NCBI GenBank assembly: GCA_016219445.1
Contig: JACRNA010000022.1
Coordinates: forward strand, 1-41,474
Direction of reading: 5' to 3'
Source of the DNA: Candidatus Amesbacteria bacterium
GTDB lineage: Bacteria > Patescibacteriota > Microgenomatia > CAZETR01 > Amesbacteraceae
DNA length: 41,474 nt
Below are positions 1 through 9,591 of this stretch, piece by piece. The position numbers were made by a program, and so were the translations under genes. Positions within the stretch are counted from its first letter, which is position 1; each line of letters starts with the position of its first letter. A model generated the notes under the pieces. That model was given only the letters and a program-made list of their open reading frames with translations, had not been told where the DNA came from and made no database searches.

Positions 1-157
1 ATAATAAATGGTGCGAATAAAAGAACAACCAGAGTTAATTTCCAATCAAGACCAAATAAGATATAAAGAAATACTGTTATAAGAAACAGGTTTAATACAA
101 GATCGCGAGTCCCTTTGCTTATTGCCTGTTCTATAGATAAAAGATCAAAAGTAAATC

Positions 158-718
158 GTGATAATAAAGATCCTGTATGCTCAAAAGAAAAATATTGACG
201 CTCTGATTGACCTCACCTTTAACAGCAATCAGATGCGAGACTTTGATGTTCGACCTAGCTTTAGTCCCGGAGCCAAAAGCTACCATGCTCGTGTGACAGA
301 AGGAAGAATGCTTGATTATGTAGTTAAGAGGTTAAGCGCTATCCCTGAAAGTAAAAAGGCCGTCATGAGCTTTATTGAGTGGCATGACTACAAGGCAATT
401 TTAGACACGCCATATGATGATTACTTGCCCTGCCATACTACTATCCAATTCAGATTGCTGGAAGTAGCGGACAAGTATATTCTGAACATTATTACTCACT
501 TCAGATCCATTGATGCTTACCAAAAATCCTGTGGAGACTTTGTCGTGACCGCAATGTTGGCAGAGAAGGTAAAGTTTGAATTAAACAAAACACTCAAGTT
601 ACCAATAGAATTAGGATCTATAATGGGGGTAATAACTGATGCACATGTATATAAAGAGTGTTATATAGACGCCGAACAACTAATTAACAAAGTCACCATG
701 GAAGGAGTAGACCTATAG
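158..718 (+). CDS. Thymidylate synthase-like protein (5' end probably frameshifted or incomplete)
   Basis: ThyA-fold motifs PCHTTIQF, FRSIDAY, DAHVY. Another frame upstream (…DPVCSKE) would join via a 1-nt shift in the A-run near 185-193. Confidence 0.65.
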   Translation: MIIKILYAQKKNIDALIDLTFNSNQMRDFDVRPSFSPGAKSYHARVTEGRMLDYVVKRLSAIPESKKAVMSFIEWHDYKAILDTPYDDYLPCHTTIQFRLLEVADKYILNIITHFRSIDAYQKSCGDFVVTAMLAEKVKFELNKTLKLPIELGSIMGVITDAHVYKECYIDAEQLINKVTMEGVDL

Positions 719-831
719 TCCTACTCACCCAATGTGTATTGCCCCACTTGACCTATAGTGATATGATGCACGTAACGATGATTACATCATTGTTATTTAA
801 ACATTATAATTTGTCCAGGTAGGACACTTTT

Positions 832-857
832 TCCCCGCCAAAAGTGGGGATTTTTTT
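832..857 (+). terminator. Rho-independent terminator-like hairpin
   Basis: tccccgc-caaaa-gtgggga followed by T7. Confidence 0.55.
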
Positions 858-863
858 ATAAAT

Positions 864-1655
864 ATGGCACAAGCAAAAGATTGGGAGAATCCTTTTGAGT
901 TTTTTATTAATCATAAAGATAAAATATTTACCACAGCACTTATAAGTGCTGGAATTGTAGGCTATTTGTATTTGGAAATGAGCTTTCTTAACCCAATCCA
1001 AGCCGCCGTCCCGAACAGACCAAATATTCCAGTTGGTTCTGGTGCACAGCATACAGGTGAATTACTAGTAATTCATGTACCTAATCCATATCTTGGTCAG
1101 GAAGGCTATACACCCTCTTCTAAAGGTAATGCTATTACAACAAATTCTGGTTCAGAGACCATTACAAAGATAACACCGAAAATAGAAAAAGTAAGTATAC
1201 CAAGAGAAACTACATATTATTCTCGCGAATTAATTAAGTCAAATATAACTAATGCAAAGATAGATCTCGCTTTTGGGTTTAGAAACAACATAACTGCTGT
1301 TCCAGATTTTAGAGTAGATATGTTTAAAGGCCTGGATCAACGCGTATACGCTACAGAAATAGTTAATGTTGATGGAGAATATTATAAATTTATTGCAAGA
1401 GCAATCGGAATGGGAGTGGGTGGTCAATATCTAGAAACAGGGAAGGAAATGAACTCCTTTTTGTTGATAAATACTCCAAAGGGTATAAATACAAGTGCAC
1501 TCTTATTTAAATTTAATACCATTCCTGAAGTAAAAGCTTTAATAATTAAACATGGGATTAAAATTCAATTTGACCAAGATGGTAAAGTTATTAGCCACTT
1601 AAATCCAACAGAAATCTTAGAGGCAGATGTAAACGATTTCTATCAACCAAAGTAA
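864..1655 (+). CDS. Hypothetical membrane-anchored protein
   Basis: 263-aa ORF with an N-terminal hydrophobic segment (IFTTALISAGIVGYLYL). Confidence 0.75.
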   Translation: MAQAKDWENPFEFFINHKDKIFTTALISAGIVGYLYLEMSFLNPIQAAVPNRPNIPVGSGAQHTGELLVIHVPNPYLGQEGYTPSSKGNAITTNSGSETITKITPKIEKVSIPRETTYYSRELIKSNITNAKIDLAFGFRNNITAVPDFRVDMFKGLDQRVYATEIVNVDGEYYKFIARAIGMGVGGQYLETGKEMNSFLLINTPKGINTSALLFKFNTIPEVKALIIKHGIKIQFDQDGKVISHLNPTEILEADVNDFYQPK

Positions 1656-1683
1656 TTTTTCGGATTTCGTATATAATGATATT

Positions 1684-2487
1684 ATGTTCAAAATACTGCC
1701 GTTTCTGATTGGTGGTTTTATTTTGCTTTTTACAATTGCTTATATTGGATTTACTGTTAGACCACTTTTTTATCCTAAACCTGAAGTGGTAGTGGATAAC
1801 ACGGTCAAGGAAGTAAAGACTCTGTATGTAGCAAAAACATTTGCGGGGGTAGTTCTTTCTGGAAAATACGTGAAAGGTAATCTTGTTGATGGAAAAGACG
1901 TATACAATTTGGCTGAAAAAAGTTCAATAGTTGGAAATATTTATGTTCAAGATCACCGTTTGGGTATGGTTAAAATCGACCGTTCAAAGTTAACTGAACA
2001 CCAAAATATTTTTCTGGATTTTTATAAAAGTAAAAAAATGGTAACAGGAATTATTGAAAACCGAGATGGTGATAACATTCGACTAATAAACGATCCCACT
2101 AAAACCACCTATTTTATTAACAAAAGACTTCCCTTTTCCTATATTAATCCATCTAAACTCTATTGGAGTAAAATCAATCATCCTGAATTGCTCGATAAGG
2201 GAGATGCAATAAGATTGACCTTAAAAGGTTATGTATATGTTGCTCCGTTGCTGGGTTCTACCACGGGGATTGTCAGGGTTTTACGTACTAGTGAACAGGC
2301 AGTAGAAATTGAAATATCATCTGACGATCTTAAAATTTTGATAAATACCGACACTACAATACTAGATAAAAATAAAAAGCCATTAAAAATTGAGTTATCC
2401 AGATTCCCAACTGATTTGTCACGCGTCTATATACTCTACTATGTTAATGATCAAATCTTAATTGCAAAATCTATTACGATATTATGA
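1684..2487 (+). CDS. Hypothetical membrane-anchored/exported protein
   Basis: 267-aa ORF with N-terminal TM helix. TATAAT just upstream. ATGA overlap with the next gene. Confidence 0.8.
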   Translation: MFKILPFLIGGFILLFTIAYIGFTVRPLFYPKPEVVVDNTVKEVKTLYVAKTFAGVVLSGKYVKGNLVDGKDVYNLAEKSSIVGNIYVQDHRLGMVKIDRSKLTEHQNIFLDFYKSKKMVTGIIENRDGDNIRLINDPTKTTYFINKRLPFSYINPSKLYWSKINHPELLDKGDAIRLTLKGYVYVAPLLGSTTGIVRVLRTSEQAVEIEISSDDLKILINTDTTILDKNKKPLKIELSRFPTDLSRVYILYYVNDQILIAKSITIL

Positions 2488-4229
2488 AAAGTATTATTCC
2501 TTTAATCTTGATTAATATTTCAATATTTTTGAGTTTATTGATTTATACAAAACCAACATTGGCTTCTGAGGAAGGCGGAGTGGGATACAGTTGTTATGAC
2601 GCCTGTTCGTGTTGGGGAGATTGTGGTTACGCCCCAGATCCTTACGAAGTAGACAATAGTCCAGTTTCCAATTCTGGTTATAGCGGTGGTTGGCCGGATG
2701 ATCCTCCGCGGCCACAGCCAGATCCACCATCACCTCCAGCGCCTTCTTGTGACAATTGGTGTAATTGTAATTATTGTGAACCGTCACCACCCTGTAATGA
2801 TACTTGCGGAGGATGTGGAGGGGGTTATGTCAATGATTGTGGTAATTATTGTAGTCAACCTTCGTGTTATGTCCCACCCCTACCTTGTGACAATAGTTGT
2901 GATGGAGGTTGTGGAGATAATTATACAAATGCTTGTGGAACTGTGTGTACCCGCACAAAGTGTTATGTACCGAAATGTGGTGAGACGGGCAATATAGCAT
3001 GTATAAACAAGTCAACGGGCAAATGTGAGGATAGTGGTTTTCGAGACAAAAATTCATGTAATGAAGGCACGGAAATCCCCATGCAAGCAACACCCGGGTG
3101 CCATAAAATAGGCTCTTGTCGTCCTAGTGAACCCGGGAAATGCGCTCAAAACTGTACTTCGGATGATGGGATAATCAATCGATGGGATTATTGTGATTGT
3201 GGCGGATCGCCAGTGGTTGTTCCACAGCCTCCGCCAGCTGAAACATGCCCCACTTATTGTGGATATCCCGGAGGTAGTGTAGCTGACGGAAACTGGGGAC
3301 GCAAGAATTGTGGTGCAATAGCGGGGTGTCCATTGGGTGGTGGAAACGGAAATAACAATTCATTTGTGCCAAGTAACGCTGGGGCTAATCCACCAGCTCC
3401 ACTCGGTGGTTGTATCGGAGCATCTTGTCTCTTGGGTAATTATTTTCAATCAAAAGGTGGAAGTATTATGACTTTGGGTGGTGCGGTATCCAATCCTAAA
3501 CTTCCTTCAGGAAAGGTGTTTTCCAAGGATGGAGAAGGTGGGTCTCCGGGAATCCCCATGGGGAACGGAGCGTCTAGTTTTGGGGCCGGAAGCGTTTCGA
3601 GTACGGGTTGGATAGCAGGCGATGCCAATAATTATCAGGGTGTCATCTCGGACAAAGTTCAATACCGCTATGACATAGATCAAATCAAAGGAAAGATAAT
3701 ATCATTGGTAAAGCCTGAACAGTTAATATTCTCCAATATCTATAATCCAGATGATTTATTAAAGGGTACACCAGAGCCAGACGGTACGTATTATGTCCAG
3801 ACCAACGATGATCTGGTCATATCTTCAAATCTCGATTTGGGAACTAGTAGAGTAGTAGTTATTACCGAGAAAAACGCCAAAATAGATGGATCTATCAAAT
3901 TTGATGAAGGTGGATTGTTTGCGGTCATTGCCCGGGAAAATATCGAAATAAATCCAAATGTCGGTGGAAGTTCTACCGGAGTTGATCCAGACGGAGTTCA
4001 ACCAAACATTGAAGGGGTATTCTTTGCTCAAAAAAGATTTAAGACTGGAACTGGAAACAAACAATTGAGAATTGATGGACCAGTAGTAGGTATAGAGGGA
4101 GTGGATCTAGAAAGAACACATACTTCCCAATACCCTGCCGAGTATTTTGTCTTTAGGCCGGATATACTTATGACATTACCCCAGCATTTACTTCGTAGAA
4201 ATAACTTATGGAAAGAGGCTTTACCTTAA
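2484..4229 (+). CDS. Secreted Cys/Pro/Gly-rich protein, putative pilus-associated adhesin
   Basis: Signal peptide, many CxxxC/CGG units, beta-rich C-terminal domain ending in WKE. Located in the pilus cluster. Confidence 0.7.
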   Translation: MKSIIPLILINISIFLSLLIYTKPTLASEEGGVGYSCYDACSCWGDCGYAPDPYEVDNSPVSNSGYSGGWPDDPPRPQPDPPSPPAPSCDNWCNCNYCEPSPPCNDTCGGCGGGYVNDCGNYCSQPSCYVPPLPCDNSCDGGCGDNYTNACGTVCTRTKCYVPKCGETGNIACINKSTGKCEDSGFRDKNSCNEGTEIPMQATPGCHKIGSCRPSEPGKCAQNCTSDDGIINRWDYCDCGGSPVVVPQPPPAETCPTYCGYPGGSVADGNWGRKNCGAIAGCPLGGGNGNNNSFVPSNAGANPPAPLGGCIGASCLLGNYFQSKGGSIMTLGGAVSNPKLPSGKVFSKDGEGGSPGIPMGNGASSFGAGSVSSTGWIAGDANNYQGVISDKVQYRYDIDQIKGKIISLVKPEQLIFSNIYNPDDLLKGTPEPDGTYYVQTNDDLVISSNLDLGTSRVVVITEKNAKIDGSIKFDEGGLFAVIARENIEINPNVGGSSTGVDPDGVQPNIEGVFFAQKRFKTGTGNKQLRIDGPVVGIEGVDLERTHTSQYPAEYFVFRPDILMTLPQHLLRRNNLWKEALP

Positions 4230-4230
4230 T
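4214..4230 (+). repeat. 17-bp direct repeat, copy 1 (agaggctttaccttaat)
   Basis: Identical to 5865-5881. Confidence 0.9.
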
Positions 4231-4275
4231 ATGGGTATTTGTTACACATTGATAGTTTATTAGTTTTAAATTACC

Positions 4276-5862
4276 GTGAAACATTTAATCTTAGATATTA
4301 AATCTGAGAAGGGGTTTGTCTTAGATGAAGTGTGGGAGTATTTATTGTTACCCGACTCAGAAGGGGTTGTTAAAAAAATCAATTCCGATTGGAAGGGTTA
4401 TTTGGTCAACTATGACCAAATTACTTTTGACGATTTGGTAAAGGCATGTAAGCATTTTGATACCAATACTCTACAAGGTTTGAATAGTGATTATTTATTA
4501 ATGGGTTTAAACAATTCAAAATCAGAATTAAACATAATAAGTGGAGTCTCGGGAAAGTTTCCTCTGTATTTTTCTCCGTATAAAGACGGATTTGTCGCGT
4601 CGACTGATATTTCAGAAATTATACGAAGAAAAACTAACAAAAAAATAAATATAAATTCGGCATTAGATTATTTGTATACAGATTATTTTATGTATACTAC
4701 CCATGAAACTTTTATTGAGGGAGTATACAAATTACCTGTAGGTCATAGATTACGTATTGATCGTAATTATAAATTTAAAATTGAACCAATTTTTAATTTG
4801 GATAAATTTTTAAGAAATCAACAGGAACCATTTTCTGTGGAAAAATTTCAAGAGAAATTTTTAGATCGTATGGTTAATGTGGTGCGGGAAAGAACTATCA
4901 GATTTCCCAATACCCCCATTGGATGTGAACTTTCATCAGGATTTGACAGTTCATTAATAGCCTATGCTCTTAAAAAAGCCGGGATATCTCAAAACTGTAC
5001 TTTTTTCTCAGATTATAGTAAATATGATACTGGTGATACTGATAAAAGTATCGTCGAGAAGTTTGCTATAAAGCATAATCTAAAATTATCTTTTTTAGAT
5101 ATTTCTGATTTAACTACTTTTTCGGATATTGACACGGGTTGGTCAAAAAAGTATTTTTTTCCAGGCACTCATGCCTTGCTAGGAGAAATCATAACCGCCG
5201 AAAATAGAAGAAAAATATATAGTCAACCTAATCTTTTATTTCGTGGATTTGGCGCAGACGAATTATTTATGTCATATTTGATTCACCACAATGTTGATAA
5301 AATGATCAAGGATGAGCTTGAATGGGCAAAATTTGGAATAGAGCAAGGAATAGGTAAAATATTTACCAATAAGGGATTGGAAATATTAAAAAGTAGGGAT
5401 AGAATGTTTCAAACACCTGTTTATTTTTCAATTTTCTCACCAAGTAGTGTAGAATGGGCTATATTTTCTATTTATTGGGAATATGGTGAATGGAGTGTTT
5501 TGCCATTTAATGACCTAGAATTATTAGAGATAGCCCGCAGGATTCCAAGAAAAAACGGAAAACCATTAAAAAAGCAAGAAATTTGGGCCGGGAGAACTGA
5601 TATATTTTTGCCCGAACAATATAAACAAAAGTTACCCTTTGATAACCATGTCTTGCAGATATTTGAAAAGCGGAAGGGATTTCTAGTAAAAATATTGTCT
5701 AATTCTGTTCTAGGGAAAGCAGGTTTAATTAATTCTAGTGAGATGAGAGAGGCAGTTGCTACAGATAAAGCTAAGGATTTATATAAAAACATGTTGCCTG
5801 TATTTATAAATGTAATATGGTTAGAGAATTATCTACAGGCAAATGATATTATTAAATTGTGA
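4276..5862 (+). CDS. Asparagine synthetase B-like / lasso-cyclase-like ATP pyrophosphatase
   Basis: PP-loop ELSSGFDSS, GFGADELF, LPFND. Degenerate N-terminal Ntn-like domain (GKFPLYF) with no N-terminal catalytic Cys. Confidence 0.8.
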   Translation: MKHLILDIKSEKGFVLDEVWEYLLLPDSEGVVKKINSDWKGYLVNYDQITFDDLVKACKHFDTNTLQGLNSDYLLMGLNNSKSELNIISGVSGKFPLYFSPYKDGFVASTDISEIIRRKTNKKININSALDYLYTDYFMYTTHETFIEGVYKLPVGHRLRIDRNYKFKIEPIFNLDKFLRNQQEPFSVEKFQEKFLDRMVNVVRERTIRFPNTPIGCELSSGFDSSLIAYALKKAGISQNCTFFSDYSKYDTGDTDKSIVEKFAIKHNLKLSFLDISDLTTFSDIDTGWSKKYFFPGTHALLGEIITAENRRKIYSQPNLLFRGFGADELFMSYLIHHNVDKMIKDELEWAKFGIEQGIGKIFTNKGLEILKSRDRMFQTPVYFSIFSPSSVEWAIFSIYWEYGEWSVLPFNDLELLEIARRIPRKNGKPLKKQEIWAGRTDIFLPEQYKQKLPFDNHVLQIFEKRKGFLVKILSNSVLGKAGLINSSEMREAVATDKAKDLYKNMLPVFINVIWLENYLQANDIIKL

Positions 5863-6320
5863 CCAGAGGCTTTACCTTAATTGAGACCGTAGTAGCAGTA
5901 GGAGTATTTGCCATGCTGTCTGTCATTGGCAGTACTCTACTATTTGGCATATTGCGTGGATCTAAAAAAGCCGCTTCTGTCGTAGTAGTCCGGACTGAGG
6001 GGGCTAATATTCTCAACAGTTTGACTCAGACTATCCGTTTTGCCGAAGAAATATCTGTCTGTAACGGCACGAGTATTACTTTTAGACCTCTTGTGGGTAA
6101 TGATATTACTTATTCGTGTACTGGCACCAATATTGCATCGGGATCAGCAAACCTAAATTCTTCACAAGTGACGCTTTCGGCCTGTGCAATCAGTTGCCCA
6201 TTGACTACCAGTATTACAGATGTCCGCAAAGCCAAATATGTCGATTTGAGTTTTACTTTGAAAGGAAGTCAGGCCGAAATTCCATTTAAGACCCAGGTGG
6301 TCTTGCGTAATCGTGATTAA
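5859..6320 (+). CDS. Prepilin-type N-terminal cleavage/methylation domain protein (minor pilin)
   Basis: Class III signal G|FTLIE followed by a hydrophobic helix. Confidence 0.9.
   Translation: MTRGFTLIETVVAVGVFAMLSVIGSTLLFGILRGSKKAASVVVVRTEGANILNSLTQTIRFAEEISVCNGTSITFRPLVGNDITYSCTGTNIASGSANLNSSQVTLSACAISCPLTTSITDVRKAKYVDLSFTLKGSQAEIPFKTQVVLRNRD
5865..5881 (+). repeat. 17-bp direct repeat, copy 2
   Basis: Identical to 4214-4230; encodes RGFTLI of the prepilin. Confidence 0.9.
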
Positions 6321-6337
6321 ACGTCTATTATAAATAT

Positions 6338-7099
6338 ATGAGACAAGGTCAAGCTTTAATAGTAATATTGCTAGTCTTAGCAGTAGCTTTAACTTTGGGA
6401 TTGGCAGTAGTTTCCAGAACTGTAACCGAAGTGGGCACAGCCACTACTCAAGCTGAATCTTCGCGGGCGCTTTCCAAAGCTGAATCAGGAGTAGAAGCTG
6501 CTCTTTCGGGAACCATAATTGCTGGAGTAACAGCGACTGATTATTCTGGGAGACAAATTAGTATTTCGGAACCCTTGGCTGCGGGAGAATCCTCAACAAT
6601 ATTTTTAGCAACTCATGATACAAATGGTAACTTGAATTTAGTAGGCGGGTTAAATGCATATACAGGAAATAATATTGATCTTTGTTGGGGTACTGAACCT
6701 GGTACACCGGTAGCTATAGAAGCATCTTTGTATTACAAAGAATTATCAAATTATAAAGTTATGCGTTTTGCTTATGATCCAGAAGGACGTGGAGGATTTA
6801 CTAGATCCGATACGGATAGAACAAATTGCCCAACCGATAATGTATATTTAAATCATGCGAACATTAGTAGCTTACCAGCCGGTAAAATATTATTGAGAGT
6901 CAGGCTTTTGTACAATGGTGATGTAGCCCACTTTGTAGGGGTATCCGGATCCACTTCTTTCCCGGTTCAAGGAAAGAACATTGTCTCGACAGCGACAGAA
7001 GGTAACACAACCCGCAAGATAGAAGTCTTCCAGCGATATCCCGATCTTTCCCCCCTTCTGGACTCCGCAGTATTCTCTGGTGGTGGACTTGCCAAATAA
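6338..7099 (+). CDS. PilX-like minor pilin
   Basis: GQAL plus hydrophobic helix and AESGVE motif; pilus context. Confidence 0.75.
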   Translation: MRQGQALIVILLVLAVALTLGLAVVSRTVTEVGTATTQAESSRALSKAESGVEAALSGTIIAGVTATDYSGRQISISEPLAAGESSTIFLATHDTNGNLNLVGGLNAYTGNNIDLCWGTEPGTPVAIEASLYYKELSNYKVMRFAYDPEGRGGFTRSDTDRTNCPTDNVYLNHANISSLPAGKILLRVRLLYNGDVAHFVGVSGSTSFPVQGKNIVSTATEGNTTRKIEVFQRYPDLSPLLDSAVFSGGGLAK

Positions 7100-7115
7100 G
7101 CTATATAATAAATTT

Positions 7116-8138
7116 ATGTCTTCACTGCCCAAAATAGGACTGGATATAGGATCGGCTTCCATCAAAATTGCCGAACTAGCTCCAAATGGCAAAAAGTGGA
7201 AGCTTCTGACCATGGCATCAATGCCTTCACCGGCTGGGTGGACATCAAATATGAAAGGAAGTATTGCTGTAGTTTCGCAGGCTATTGCCAAGCTTCACAA
7301 AGAAGCAGGAGTTTATGGCAGACGTGCAGTAGTGTCACTACCCGAGGAACAGGTCTCATCACATGTTATTGAATTGCCATCAATGGATGATTCGGAAGTC
7401 GAACAGTCACTCCAATGGCAGGTCGAGCAGTTTATCCCCTTCCCTATCGATCAAGCTGTTTGGAGTTATCAAATAGTCAAGAAAGATGTTGTGGGTGGAG
7501 GGGATATCGAAGTCTTGGTCGCAGCAGTTCCCAAATCGGTCGTGGAGTTTTATAGGACTGTTGCTGAAACGGCTGGTCTGGAAGTATTGGCTGTCGAAAC
7601 GGAGCTTATGGCTACAGCCAGATCGGTACTTTCTGGGTCAACCCAACTGGGATTGATCGTTGATATTGGTGCCAAAAGTACCGATATGGGCTTGGTTCAA
7701 AATGGAAATTTGCTATACACCAGGGCTATTCCTACCGCGGGTGAAGCATTTTGCCGGGCTATCGAAACCGGTCTTGGACTGGAAGCATCCCAGGCTGAGG
7801 AATACAAAAATACCTATGGTTTTTCTAAGAGTCACTTGGAGGGAAAATTGGCAGATGTAATGGCACCAGTTCTCAAATTGATAATCGGAGAGATCAAAAA
7901 GACGATTGAATTTTACACCTCAAAACATAGTGGTGAAACGGTAAAATTTGTCTCACTATCGGGTGGCGCTGCAGCTTTACCGGAAATAGTGGGTGAAATA
8001 TCAACGGCCTTGGGTCTAGAAGTCAGTCTCTCGGATCCTTTTGTCAATGTAATATTAGATGAAAGCCAACAGCAAGCAATAGGAACTACAGGGCCTTTTT
8101 ATGCCGTGGCTCTAGGCTTATCGATGCGTGATATATGA
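7116..8138 (+). CDS. pilM: Type IV pilus assembly protein PilM
   Basis: Actin-like motifs IGLDIGSASIK, VDIGAKSTD, LSGGAA. Start moved to ATG 7116 behind a TATAAT. Confidence 0.9.
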   Translation: MSSLPKIGLDIGSASIKIAELAPNGKKWKLLTMASMPSPAGWTSNMKGSIAVVSQAIAKLHKEAGVYGRRAVVSLPEEQVSSHVIELPSMDDSEVEQSLQWQVEQFIPFPIDQAVWSYQIVKKDVVGGGDIEVLVAAVPKSVVEFYRTVAETAGLEVLAVETELMATARSVLSGSTQLGLIVDIGAKSTDMGLVQNGNLLYTRAIPTAGEAFCRAIETGLGLEASQAEEYKNTYGFSKSHLEGKLADVMAPVLKLIIGEIKKTIEFYTSKHSGETVKFVSLSGGAAALPEIVGEISTALGLEVSLSDPFVNVILDESQQQAIGTTGPFYAVALGLSMRDI

Positions 8139-8638
8139 TAAATTTACTGCCAAAAACTGATAATACTGGTCAAACGGCATTTAAATATAAAAATACAGCC
8201 TTTTGGATTACACATTTGGGACTAATATTTTATTTTTTGTTTTTGGTTGCGACAACTACAAAAATGTGGAGAGGGAATGTACGGCAAAAGCAATTGATTT
8301 TGGATATAGCCAACTTGGAGGCCCAACTCAAACCCCTGAGCAATGTGGAAGCTGTAGTGCTTCAAATAGACCGCACGCAAAAATCCATCGATAAATTTAA
8401 GACATCCAGACCAAAATTGGCTGAATTTGTCAACACCCTAAACAGTAAACCATCTTCAATAATAATCGAAAATTGGGATTATAAAGTTTCCGGTAAATCG
8501 AGAATATCGGTAGAATCGCCCAGCCAAAATGATCTTGAGGAATATACCAAACTTTTGAAACTGAAATTTTCAGGATTATTACTTGAACAAACTGTCACGA
8601 AAGGAGGGGTATGGAATTCAATCCTGGTGCTCAAATAA
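8135..8638 (+). CDS. PilN-like protein
   Basis: N-terminal INLLP motif, TM helix and coiled coil; follows pilM. Confidence 0.75.
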   Translation: MINLLPKTDNTGQTAFKYKNTAFWITHLGLIFYFLFLVATTTKMWRGNVRQKQLILDIANLEAQLKPLSNVEAVVLQIDRTQKSIDKFKTSRPKLAEFVNTLNSKPSSIIIENWDYKVSGKSRISVESPSQNDLEEYTKLLKLKFSGLLLEQTVTKGGVWNSILVLK

Positions 8639-9165
8639 AAACTATTAAACCATACGCTTGGCTACTCTATCCACTTGGTGTCTTGGTATTTATGTGGTTT
8701 TCTTATACTCAGATTTTTGTGGGTTCTGGTAAACTGCTCGATAAAATTACACAAACAGAAGAAAAGATTACTGATCTAGGTCTAAAAAAGACAATACGAG
8801 AAACCAAACTCAATACTCTAAAGCTCCAAAAATTAGATATCTTGCATACAAAATTGGCTGGATTTGTAGAACAAATGCCTTATGACCATATGCCGTGGGA
8901 TTTGCTGGCAAAACTCAAAATCCTGGGAAATATTTCTGATTTTAAAATGACCGAAAACAAGCTCTTGCAAGCTGAATACAAAATTGAAGATACTAATAAG
9001 CTGGAAGAATTATTGCAGAAATTGGAATTATTTACTCCATTATTATCAATATCCTCAGTTGTTTACGGTCCACCTTTTTTAAGACTTGAATTTAATTCTG
9101 CCTTTAGTCCTTTTCAAAACTTTACACAAGACTTCAACCGTCAACTCCCTAATTTATCAAAGTGA
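8611..9165 (+). CDS. PilO-like protein
   Basis: TM helix plus coiled coil; position after the pilN-like gene. Confidence 0.55.
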   Translation: MEFNPGAQIKTIKPYAWLLYPLGVLVFMWFSYTQIFVGSGKLLDKITQTEEKITDLGLKKTIRETKLNTLKLQKLDILHTKLAGFVEQMPYDHMPWDLLAKLKILGNISDFKMTENKLLQAEYKIEDTNKLEELLQKLELFTPLLSISSVVYGPPFLRLEFNSAFSPFQNFTQDFNRQLPNLSK

Positions 9166-9370
9166 CTTGGACCGTGGGAAGATTGTGGTTTGCACAATAA
9201 GTAGTCAAAAGACTCCTAAGAGCTGTAATGACCGATCCCCCACGGCCTATGACTCGCCCGGCATCCTCAGAATTTACTTTGAGGCTAATTCCCGAGGCTG
9301 ATTCTTCAATGACCAAATCATTGGGGTAAGCTAAAAGTGGAGTCAGGCAAAATTTCAAGAAGTCAGACAT
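9149..9370 (-). CDS. khpA: KH-domain RNA-binding protein KhpA/YlqC
   Basis: DAGRVIGRGG (GxxG KH motif); immediately downstream of rpsP. Confidence 0.85.
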   Translation of the reverse strand: MSDFLKFCLTPLLAYPNDLVIEESASGISLKVNSEDAGRVIGRGGSVITALRSLLTTYCANHNLPTVQVTLIN

Positions 9371-9579
9371 AGAGATTTTACTTTAGAGCTAACTACTGCT
9401 CCTTTTGAGACCCAATATTTTAAGCGGTCCTGATTACATTGCAATTGTTTGTCGTGGGGGTTATAAAACCCCAATACCTCCACAGGATCTCCGGTCAGCT
9501 TGGATTTATTTTCGACAACACTAATACGGTATTGGATTCGTCCTTTCTTACCTGTTGGTGCTAATCTGATAGTAAGCAT
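9355..9579 (-). CDS. rpsP: 30S ribosomal protein S16
   Basis: MLTIRL…YRI…EVLGFYNP…YWVSKGA. Confidence 0.95.
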   Translation of the reverse strand: MLTIRLAPTGKKGRIQYRISVVENKSKLTGDPVEVLGFYNPHDKQLQCNQDRLKYWVSKGAVVSSKVKSLCLTS

Positions 9580-9591
9580 GGGGTCATTATA

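Noticed and set aside
763..830. Small ORF (MMHVTMITSLLFKHYNLSR) before a terminator as a third attenuator
   Set aside because: No run of regulatory codons and no convincing antiterminator downstream of the likely promoter.
4276..5862. Complete lasso peptide cluster
   Set aside because: No leader peptidase/RRE (B) gene or credible precursor nearby.
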